A program made the position numbers and the translations under genes. A stretch of 64,000 bases of DNA. Source: an uncultured Verrucomicrobiae bacterium. Its GTDB lineage: Bacteria > Verrucomicrobiota > Verrucomicrobiia > Limisphaerales > UBA11358. Location: positions 202,864 through 266,863 of the forward strand of contig CAWDKS010000001.1 of assembly GCA_963802965.1 (NCBI GenBank), written 5' to 3'. The notes under the pieces were generated by a model. The model searched no databases. It had not been told where the DNA came from and saw nothing but the letters and a program-made list of their open reading frames with translations. Positions within the stretch are counted from its first letter, which is position 1. The number at the start of each line of letters is the position of its first letter. Positions 57,227-64,000 of this stretch are shown here, in pieces.

Positions 57227-57814
57227 ATGAGTGAAGACAAAAAAAACGAATGTGGGACTTCATTTGCGAAAGCGCTTCGCACTCTAACAAATAATATGGA
57301 TGGTTTGCGTGAATTCGTAACCACCGTGGAATCGTATTTGAAGGAACGACAAATGAAAATTGTCGAAAAGAATGCATCGAATTTAACCCCGTTCTATCTG
57401 GCGATGCGCAAGCTTAAACCCGAAGACTTCCCGACCGCGAAACTTTCAGATGAAGAGGTTGCAAAACGGTTCAAGGGTAATATTTCGATAAATGTCAAAG
57501 ACGAAGGGGACGGGAAAAAAACTGCGCAAATCAAAATTTCAGGGGAAGGTGAAAAGGATTTTGATCGTGCTATGGCAGAATTGCGCAAAGCTGAAGACAT
57601 GTCTGCAAAAAGCCAGCGGTTTCAGCTTGGCTGGTTAGCCCTGTGTGAAAAATTTGATGAATTATTCCCTCTTTTGCCAAAGGTGATTAAGAGCAAACAA
57701 CTCTCTCGGGAAGAACTTCGTGACTTCCCAATTTTTGAAGAAGTTCGGAAAGACAAACGCTGTAATAAATTTCTTCCAAAAGAACTTGAGAAGGTAAAGC
57801 AAATTGAAAAATGA
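57227..57814 (+). CDS. Hypothetical protein, low-GC orphan (cassette 3)
   Basis: A 195-aa Lys/Glu-rich ORF, roughly 40% GC against about 60% in the flanks. Its stop overlaps the pheT ATG (ATGA). I recognise no family. Confidence 0.55.
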   Translation: MSEDKKNECGTSFAKALRTLTNNMDGLREFVTTVESYLKERQMKIVEKNASNLTPFYLAMRKLKPEDFPTAKLSDEEVAKRFKGNISINVKDEGDGKKTAQIKISGEGEKDFDRAMAELRKAEDMSAKSQRFQLGWLALCEKFDELFPLLPKVIKSKQLSREELRDFPIFEEVRKDKRCNKFLPKELEKVKQIEK

Positions 57815-60405
57815 AAGTCACCTTTAACTGGCTCAAACAATACGTTGATTTCAACTGGTCGCCCGAAGAATTGACCGAGCGGCTCACCATGCTCGGCCTC
57901 GAAGCCGAAAGCGTCCGCAAAATGGGCGGCGAGTTCGAGGGCGTCGTCGTCGCCCAAATTCTTACGCGCGACCCCGTGCCCGGCTCGGACAAGCTCTCCG
58001 TCTGCAAGGTCAACGACGGCAAGGGCGAGCGCACCATCATTTGCGGCGCGCAGAACCACAAGCCCGGCGACAAAGTCCCGCTCATCCTGCCGAACTTCGC
58101 GTTGCCGCTGAAGCCCGGCGACAAGGAGCCGTTCGTCATCAAGGAACGAAAAGTTTTCGGCATCACCAGCCACGGCATGATGTGTTCGCCGCAGGAGCTC
58201 GGCCTGCCGGACAAGGTGGACGGCCTGCTCATTTTGCCTGCGGACGCGCCCGTGGGAAAACCATTCGCCGAATACCTCGGTCGCGCGGGTGATGACGTGG
58301 TTTATGATTTGGAAATCACGCCAAACCGACCGGATTGGAACAGTGTTATCGGCATCGCCCGCGAAATCGCGGCGGTGACGGGAAACAAGCTGAAGATGCC
58401 GCAAATCACGGAGGGACGAGTTACACGAGTCCCCAATTCTGCCGAGCAGTCAGGGGCTCGTGGAACTCGCCCCTCCGAAAAGCCGGAAAATTTGGTCAGC
58501 GTGCGCATCGAAGACGCCGAGCTATGCCCGCGTTACACCGCGCGGGTCGTCCAGGGCGTGAAAATCGGGCCAAGCCCGGACTGGCTCCGCTCGACACTGG
58601 AGAAAGTCGGCATCCGTTCGATTAACAACGTCGTGGACGTGACGAATTACGTGATGCTCGAAAGCGGCCAGCCGCTGCACGCGTTTGACTATCATTTGGT
58701 GGCACGGGCGTCCCGCCCGTGTGTTGATGACGAAACTCACAGGCAAGATGCCTGTGCCACTATTATCGTCCGCCGCGCCGCCGCCGGCGAGAAGTTCAAG
58801 ACGCTCGACAATCAGGAGCGCACGCTGACGAGCGAAATGCTTTTGATTGCCGACGAACAAAAAGGCATCGCCCTCGCCGGCATCATGGGCGGCCAGAACA
58901 CGGAAATTAATAGTTCGACGACGGATGTGCTCATCGAAAGCGCCTATTTTTCGCCGACGAACATTCGTCGCACGAGCAAGGCGCTCGGTCTACGCAGCGA
59001 GTCCAGCTACCGTTTTGAGCGCGGCGCGGACATCGGCATCTGCGATTGGGCCAGCCTGCGCGCGGCACAATTGATTCTGGAAACCGCCGGCGGCCAGCTC
59101 GCCGAAGGCGTCGTGGACGCGTATCCGAAACCCGTTGAGCCGAAGCACGTGACGCTGCGCCATCACAAGGTCAACGAACTGCTTGGCATCGCCTTAAAAC
59201 CGGAGGAGTGCGAATTTTATCTCGGTCAGCTTGGATTGAAGGTTGTGAATCGCAAGGCGCGTCCGGTGGGAGCGGGCGGCACGCCGGAGCCGGTGACGTT
59301 TCAAATTCCAACCTTCCGCGTGGACTTGAAACGCGAGGTGGATTTGATCGAGGAAATCGCCCGCCTGCACGGCGTGGACAAGATTCCAGCCACGCCGCCG
59401 CGCGGGGCGATTGGCGCAAACGCGTTTGATTCCGTCCACGACGAAATTGCCGAGGCGCGTCGCATCCTCACCGGCCTCGGCTTGAACGAAGCGCAAGGCC
59501 AGACGCTGGTGGCGAATGCAGAATGCAGAATGAAGAATGAAGAATTGGTTGCGCTCGCGAATCCGTTGAGTTCAGACATGGATGTGCTGCGTCCAAGTCT
59601 GCTGCCCGGCTTGATTCATTCATTGCGGCACAACATCACCCGGAAGAATTACGATGTGGCTTTGTTTGAAATCGGGCGGGTGTTCGCGTCGGGCAGGAGC
59701 GCGGACAGCCATGTCCGCGAGAACAAACCAACGCCGGAAAACGCGGACAAAGCTGTCCACGCTCCTTCCGAAGAGCGCTGCGTGGCCATCGCGCTCACCG
59801 GTCAGCGTCATCCTCTGTTCTGGAGTGGTGATGACCGCGACGCAAAGTTTGACGCTTACGATTTGAAAGGCCTGCTGGAGGAATTTTTCGAGCAATTCGG
59901 TTTGCGCGGAATGACGTTCAACCGCCGGGCTGAAAGCACCACGCTCTTTCTCGAATCGAGCACGGTTCAACTTGGCAGGCAAACCTTGGGTGAACTCGGC
60001 CAGTTGTCGCCGGTGCTGGCGAAGAAATACGATTTGCGCGACGCGGTTTTTCTTGCCGAGCTGAACCTGGATCAACTGCTCGCGCGGCGTAATCCGGCGA
60101 AAACGTTCAGGCCGTTGCCGCAATTCCCGTCCATCCGCCGCGACGTGGCGATGCTCGTGCCGGAAGCGACGACGCACGAGTCGGTTTGGCAAACGGTCAG
60201 GAAAACCAAGCCCCCGAATCTCGAAACGGTGGAATTGTTCGACGTGTTCCGGGGCAAGAATGTGCCGGAAGGTCAAAAGAGCCTGGCCTACGCGTTCACC
60301 TATCGTTCACCGGAAAAAACTTTGACGGACGCCGAGGTGAACGCCGCGCACGCGAAAATCTTGGAAGCCTTCAAACAGCAGTTGAACGCGGTTGTGCGCG
60401 AGTAG
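57811..60405 (+). CDS. pheT: Phenylalanine--tRNA ligase beta subunit, carrying several in-frame repeat inserts
   Basis: MKVTFNWLKQYVDF, a tRNA-binding domain, B3/4 and B5 domains (ITPNRPDWNSVIGIAREI, INNVVDVTNYVMLESGQPLHAFD, SSYRFERG), and an FDX-ACB C-domain. Confidence 0.93.
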   Translation: MKVTFNWLKQYVDFNWSPEELTERLTMLGLEAESVRKMGGEFEGVVVAQILTRDPVPGSDKLSVCKVNDGKGERTIICGAQNHKPGDKVPLILPNFALPLKPGDKEPFVIKERKVFGITSHGMMCSPQELGLPDKVDGLLILPADAPVGKPFAEYLGRAGDDVVYDLEITPNRPDWNSVIGIAREIAAVTGNKLKMPQITEGRVTRVPNSAEQSGARGTRPSEKPENLVSVRIEDAELCPRYTARVVQGVKIGPSPDWLRSTLEKVGIRSINNVVDVTNYVMLESGQPLHAFDYHLVARASRPCVDDETHRQDACATIIVRRAAAGEKFKTLDNQERTLTSEMLLIADEQKGIALAGIMGGQNTEINSSTTDVLIESAYFSPTNIRRTSKALGLRSESSYRFERGADIGICDWASLRAAQLILETAGGQLAEGVVDAYPKPVEPKHVTLRHHKVNELLGIALKPEECEFYLGQLGLKVVNRKARPVGAGGTPEPVTFQIPTFRVDLKREVDLIEEIARLHGVDKIPATPPRGAIGANAFDSVHDEIAEARRILTGLGLNEAQGQTLVANAECRMKNEELVALANPLSSDMDVLRPSLLPGLIHSLRHNITRKNYDVALFEIGRVFASGRSADSHVRENKPTPENADKAVHAPSEERCVAIALTGQRHPLFWSGDDRDAKFDAYDLKGLLEEFFEQFGLRGMTFNRRAESTTLFLESSTVQLGRQTLGELGQLSPVLAKKYDLRDAVFLAELNLDQLLARRNPAKTFRPLPQFPSIRRDVAMLVPEATTHESVWQTVRKTKPPNLETVELFDVFRGKNVPEGQKSLAYAFTYRSPEKTLTDAEVNAAHAKILEAFKQQLNAVVRE
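58409..58477. repeat. CGGAGGGACGAG...CCCCTCCG element (69 bp) inside pheT
   Basis: CGGAGGGACGAGTTACACGAGTCCCC...GGGGCTCGTGGAACTCGCCCCTCCG is translated as EGRVTRVPNSAEQSGARGTRPSE. Confidence 0.8.
58700..58759. repeat. TGGCACGGGCGTCCCGCCCGTG...CACAGGCAAGATGCCTGTGCCA element (60 bp) inside pheT
   Basis: Two adjacent hairpins bounded by GGCAC/GTGCC, translated as ARASRPCVDDETHRQDACAT. It interrupts the conserved LHAFD...I.VR block. Confidence 0.7.
59524..59556. repeat. Heptanucleotide tandem repeat (GAATGCA)2(GAATGAA)2GAATT inside pheT
   Basis: Read directly. It is translated as NAECRMKNEEL. Confidence 0.85.
59696..59765. repeat. GGAGCGCGGACAGC...GCTGTCCACGCTCC element inside pheT
   Basis: GGAGCGCGGACAGCCATGTCCGCGAG...GCGGACAAAGCTGTCCACGCTCC is translated as RSADSHVRENKPTPENADKAVHAPS. 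It belongs to the same family as 47861-47927. Confidence 0.75.
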
Positions 60406-60491
60406 ATGGGATTTCGGAACGCCGCGTTCACGCGGCCTGCTTCTGTTGACCTATGATTGCTGCCGTCTGAAGGCGGCGTTCCTCGCAGATT

Positions 60492-62465
60492 TTAAGATGC
60501 GTCCGTCTGGACAAATGGCGGCATCGGGCAATCCAGCGTGTCGGCAACGGCGCGCAACAATTCGGCTTCGCTTTCCAAAATCACGCCGTCCGCGCCGACC
60601 GTGTGAATGCAGGCTTCCAGCAGATTCTTTTTGATGATCGGCACGGCCTGCGCAAGACGGTCGAGCGCGGCGTCAATCTGCGTCACCCCGCACTGTTCGC
60701 GCGGCAGCAATCCCCAATCGCCCTCGGGCGCGCGCAGATACGGCGCGCCCAGCTCGAAAGCTTTTTGGACTTCTACAGCGTCGCTGCTGCCGGCATTTGC
60801 CAGCGCGGACAGCACGACGACGCAATCCGGCACGAGCGGTTTGAGCGTGTAATATTGGACCGTCGCCGGACGCGCCTTGCCAAACTGCGGTGCGAGATGG
60901 CGGAGCACAATCTTCTGCAGCACGTATTCAAACAGTTCGACCTTCCCGTCGCTCTCGACCAGCCATTGGAGCGTTTGGGAAAATTGGCCGAACTGTTCCG
61001 CCGTCAAATGCCGCAACGTGCCCAAGGCGAGATTCACGATCGGCAAATGCGCGTGAGCGGCAGCGGAGGAAACGTCCGGGAACAGCGTGGCGGCCTTTTG
61101 CTGAATCGCCGGGTCAACGCGCTGGACAAGCCCGGCCAGTTGCGTCGTGCGTGTCGCATTGTCCGGGCTGAGCAGCATCGCGTAAATCAAAGCGACCGCA
61201 TCGAGCGGCTCACGCGCGGCGGCCTTCACGCTATCGGGCAGCGACTCGCGCAACTGTTCGGCGTATTTGAGATGCAGCGGCGTTGGGTTGCCCAGATTGG
61301 GCAGAACGGAATGCGACCTGATGACCGGCGGTTTTTCCGCATCGCCCGAAGCGAGAATGGCGCCGCCCAGCACCGTGCCAAAGATGTTCGGCATGGGCGG
61401 GCGTGTCGGTTTTGCAATTTCTTCAGGCGGCCGGTCGCGCCCGTCGTAGCGGACGTAAGGAAATTTTCCGTCGAAGCTCGGGTCAAAGACGCGGATGCGT
61501 TCCGCGAGCGGCGGATGGGTTTCAAGCAGTCCAATGAATGGTTCGCTGACGCCGTTGCCAAAAAACATGTGCGACAGTTCCTCGGCGTGCGCGTGGCTGA
61601 GGCGCGATCCCGTTTCACCCAGGCCGCCGATTTTTTTCAGCGCGCCGGTGATGCCTTCCGGATTGCGGGTAAACTGGACGGACGAGGCGTCGGCGAGAAA
61701 TTCGCGCTGGCGGCTGACGGCCGCCTGGATGAGCCGCCCAAAGAAAACGCCGATATAACCGATGACCAGCAGCAGCAAACCAAGCAGGGGCAGAGGATTC
61801 TGGCCGCGCCCGCGCCCCCCGCCGCGCGCCGTTTGCAAAAGAACCCGGCCGATGATGGCGAGGCAAAGGATGCCAAAGATGATCCCCATCAGCCGCAGGT
61901 TCAGCCGCATGTCGCCGTTCAAAACGTGGCTGAATTCGTGGCCGATGACGCCCTGCAATTCGTCGCGCGACAAAATTTTCATGCAGCCGCGCGTGACGGT
62001 GATGGTCGCGTCGCCGGGTTTGTGGCCGGCGGCGAAGGCGTTGATGCCGTCCTCCCCATCCATGACATAGACCTGCGGCACGGGCACACCGGAGGCGATG
62101 GCCATTTCCTCAACGACATTGAGCAGCTTGCGTTCGTCGGGATCGTTCGTGTTCGGGCTGACGAGGCGTCCGCCCATCATTTCCGAAACCGCGCTGCCGC
62201 CAGACACCAGCGCCATGGTTTTGTAAGTGCTGCCGATGAGAACGACCGCCAGCACGCCGACGGCGGCACCAAAAAATAATTGCGGATTCCAAAGTGCGAG
62301 CTGGGGTTGTTCGCCATAACGATGGTAGTGCGATTGCGCCCCGGCAAATATGACCAGCGAGGCGAAATAAACGGCAATGATGAGCGCCGCGACGGCGATG
62401 GCGAAATAAAAAACGAGCAGCTTTGTTTTGCGGCGGGTCTTGTCCTGCTGCGCGAAAAAATCCAT
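60492..62465 (-). CDS. Membrane-anchored M48-family zinc metallopeptidase with a large C-terminal domain
   Basis: Two N-terminal TM segments, the HEFSHVLNGD (HExxH) motif and two further TM segments, followed by a soluble region of about 330 aa. It lies downstream of lemA. Confidence 0.85.
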   Translation of the reverse strand: MDFFAQQDKTRRKTKLLVFYFAIAVAALIIAVYFASLVIFAGAQSHYHRYGEQPQLALWNPQLFFGAAVGVLAVVLIGSTYKTMALVSGGSAVSEMMGGRLVSPNTNDPDERKLLNVVEEMAIASGVPVPQVYVMDGEDGINAFAAGHKPGDATITVTRGCMKILSRDELQGVIGHEFSHVLNGDMRLNLRLMGIIFGILCLAIIGRVLLQTARGGGRGRGQNPLPLLGLLLLVIGYIGVFFGRLIQAAVSRQREFLADASSVQFTRNPEGITGALKKIGGLGETGSRLSHAHAEELSHMFFGNGVSEPFIGLLETHPPLAERIRVFDPSFDGKFPYVRYDGRDRPPEEIAKPTRPPMPNIFGTVLGGAILASGDAEKPPVIRSHSVLPNLGNPTPLHLKYAEQLRESLPDSVKAAAREPLDAVALIYAMLLSPDNATRTTQLAGLVQRVDPAIQQKAATLFPDVSSAAAHAHLPIVNLALGTLRHLTAEQFGQFSQTLQWLVESDGKVELFEYVLQKIVLRHLAPQFGKARPATVQYYTLKPLVPDCVVVLSALANAGSSDAVEVQKAFELGAPYLRAPEGDWGLLPREQCGVTQIDAALDRLAQAVPIIKKNLLEACIHTVGADGVILESEAELLRAVADTLDCPMPPFVQTDAS

Positions 62466-62468
62466 TTT

Positions 62469-62530
62469 GGGAGGGACGGCATTTTGCCGTCCCAAAAATC
62501 AATTGGGGACGGCGGCACGCCGTCCCTCCC
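62469..62530. repeat. Twin-hairpin GGGAGGGACG family element in the lemA-M48 spacer
   Basis: GGGAGGGACGGCATTTTGCCGTCCCaaaaatcaattGGGGACGGCGGCACGCCGTCCCTCCC. Confidence 0.8.
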
Positions 62531-62535
62531 ACGCT

Positions 62536-63138
62536 TCACGAGAATGAAACCTTCGGCGCGTCCTTCTGCTCCGGCTTGTCTATGACGAACAGTTCCGCCG
62601 GGCCGAAGTTGAACATGCCGGCGATGAGATTGCTTGGAAAAACTTCGCGGTCGGTGTTGTAAATCATGACGGAATCGTTGTAAGCCTGCCGGGCGAAGGA
62701 AATCTTGTTTTCCGTCGAGGTCAACTCCTCGGTGAGTTGCATCATGTTCTGGTTCGCCTTCAAATCGGGATATGATTCGGACACCATCATCAGGCGGCTG
62801 AGAGTGCCGGCCAAGCCGCTCTCGGCGGAAACGAGATTCTTCATCGCGCCCGCGTCGCCGGGATTTGCGGCGGCGGCCTGCGAAGCGACATAGGCGATGT
62901 TGCGCGCCTTGGTGACATTCTCCAACGTCTCGCGTTCGTGCTTGATGTAGCCCTTGGCGATTTCGACGAGGTTCGGAATCAGGTCGTAGCGGCGCTTGAG
63001 CTGCACGTCAATCTGTGCGTAGGCGTTCTTGAAGCGGTTGCGCAGCGTGACGAGTTTGTTGTAGCCGCCGATGACCATGCCGACGATGATGAGGACGAGC
63101 ACAACCACGACGCCGAGAAATATAAGCAATGGAATCAT
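62536..63138 (-). CDS. lemA: LemA family protein
   Basis: An N-terminal TM segment, then GGYNKLVTLRNRFKNAYAQIDVQLKRRYDLIPNLVE and ENKISFARQAYNDSV. Confidence 0.9.
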   Translation of the reverse strand: MIPLLIFLGVVVVLVLIIVGMVIGGYNKLVTLRNRFKNAYAQIDVQLKRRYDLIPNLVEIAKGYIKHERETLENVTKARNIAYVASQAAAANPGDAGAMKNLVSAESGLAGTLSRLMMVSESYPDLKANQNMMQLTEELTSTENKISFARQAYNDSVMIYNTDREVFPSNLIAGMFNFGPAELFVIDKPEQKDAPKVSFS

Positions 63139-63180
63139 AATTTATCTTTGTTGAGTTTGACTGAGCTGGCCAAATCAGTG

Positions 63181-63573
63181 CTAGAAATCTTTTTTGTCCT
63201 CGTTGTTGACCACTTTGCCTGCGAGCAACGAAAACGCCAAACCGAAAAATCCAAAAAGGCCGCCATACGCAAGGAAGATGACATATTTGATCGGAGCCAT
63301 CCCGCTGGCACCATATATCGCCATAATTCCGCCAATTAGCAATGCGATGAAACAAACACTGAACGCAATCGCCGAAACTGCGGTCGTGGCAATTTTGTGG
63401 CCGGATTGGGCGGCGAGCGAAGCGAGCAGCAGGCACACCGATGAGGAAAAGAACTGGAGGATTAAAGGAACGGCTTCGAGGTGATCTGACATGGACAGCG
63501 TGATGAGTTGGACGCCGCCGAAGATGATGCTCAATAGAAAGAATAAGTATCCAAATATAACTCGTATTTTCAT
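63181..63573 (-). CDS. Small integral membrane protein (4 predicted TM segments), unknown function
   Basis: The hydrophobic pattern is MKIRVIFGYLFFLLSIIFGG...LLLASLAAQ...AIAFSVCFIALLIGGIMAIYG...FGFFGLAFSLLAG. The GC content is lower than in the flanks. Confidence 0.55.
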   Translation of the reverse strand: MKIRVIFGYLFFLLSIIFGGVQLITLSMSDHLEAVPLILQFFSSSVCLLLASLAAQSGHKIATTAVSAIAFSVCFIALLIGGIMAIYGASGMAPIKYVIFLAYGGLFGFFGLAFSLLAGKVVNNEDKKDF

Positions 63574-63660
63574 AAATGTTCCTCGTGTCAAATTTGGCTA
63601 ACAGCTAACGCAACGGACCGCGCTGGGCAATGATAATTTCTTCACAATTTTGGAATCGCT

Positions 63661-63732
63661 TCGGAGGGACGAGTTCCACGAGTCCCTGATTTTTCGGTTT
63701 TAGTTTGGGACTCGTGGAACTCGTCCCTCCGA
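63661..63732. repeat. CGGAGGGACGAGTTCCACGAGTCCC...GGGACTCGTGGAACTCGTCCCTCCG element (perfect 25-bp inverted termini)
   Basis: Read directly. It sits immediately after the stop of the L,D-transpeptidase gene. Confidence 0.85.
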
Positions 63733-63736
63733 AAAA

Positions 63737-64000
63737 TTACGGCTCGACGAACACGGGCATTCCGATCCAGACGAGCCGGCTCAGGTATTCCGCGTCCCAG
63801 TTCGCCAGCCGGAAACAGCCGTGTGATTCGGTGCGACCGACCTGCTCCGGGTTCGGCGTGCCATGAATGCCGTAACCCGGTTTGTCCAGGCCAATCCATG
63901 CCACACCGACCGGGTTGTTCGGACCGGGCGGCAAAACCAGTTTTTGGTTCAACTGCCGCGCCTCCGGCGATTCGGGAAACAATTCCGGGTCGAAGGTATA
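63737..64000 (-). CDS. L,D-transpeptidase (YkuD domain), C-terminal part; the gene continues past the window end
   Basis: [22 protein letters not shown] contains the catalytic His...SHGC motif. The frame is open to base 64000. Confidence 0.8.
   Translation of the reverse strand, partial: YTFDPELFPESPEARQLNQKLVLPPGPNNPVGVAWIGLDKPGYGIHGTPNPEQVGRTESHGCFRLANWDAEYLSRLVWIGMPVFVEP

Noticed and set aside
60603-62279. A 558-aa ORF antisense to the M48 peptidase.
   Set aside because: It is a shadow ORF. The HExxH motif and TM pattern support the minus-strand gene.

Overview
This is a 64-kb, gene-dense, high-GC (roughly 60% by eye) bacterial chromosomal segment with about 53 protein genes on both strands. 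The gene content and the style of the interspersed palindromic repeats suggest a PVC-group organism (Verrucomicrobiota-like). That assignment is inference only. I saw no rRNA, tRNA or CRISPR array by eye.

Content in order:
- A partial secretin.
- A manganese block: mntR-DUF971, a NodT fragment, then an outer-membrane barrel and mntH.
- usp and a VOC-fold gene.
- A pectin/uronate block: eda, a GH105-like fusion, kduD, kduI.
- ilvB, preceded by a Val-rich leader peptide and a terminator.
- An MFS transporter and a secreted tail-fibre-like protein.
- The prs-rplY-pth-rpsF-ssb-rplI operon.
- A 790-aa surface protein with three near-identical 525-bp tandem repeats.
- mnmA, gltB-gltD, a receiver protein, csp and hemW.
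- A CusRS-like two-component pair, divergent from a YHYH protein, a fused MbnP-MbnH and an EF-hand protein.
- An MFS transporter, dnaB, then bamA, a giant SBBP protein and skp.
- An aldo/keto reductase, a GH5 enzyme, and rpmI-rplT.
- pheS, three inserted cassettes, then pheT.
- An M48 peptidase with lemA, a small membrane protein, and a partial L,D-transpeptidase.

Most worth a second look:
1. The last 20-25 codons of pheS occur three times. Copies B and C come from a different allele than the resident end. Each copy is followed by a different small cargo, wedged between pheS and pheT and translationally coupled to them. No recombinase gene is present.
2. Many families of 60-190 bp palindromic (REP/MITE-like) elements are present. 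At least eight sit in frame inside housekeeping genes (pheT x4, pheS, hemW, mnmA) and one signal peptide.
3. A classical-looking attenuator precedes ilvB: a 27-codon leader peptide with VVVVVV followed by a GNRA-looped terminator. A Phe-rich mini-ORF sits directly before pheS.
4. A putative copper-type cluster contains a single-polypeptide MbnP-MbnH fusion.

All functional calls come from reading the translated ORFs. No database search was run.
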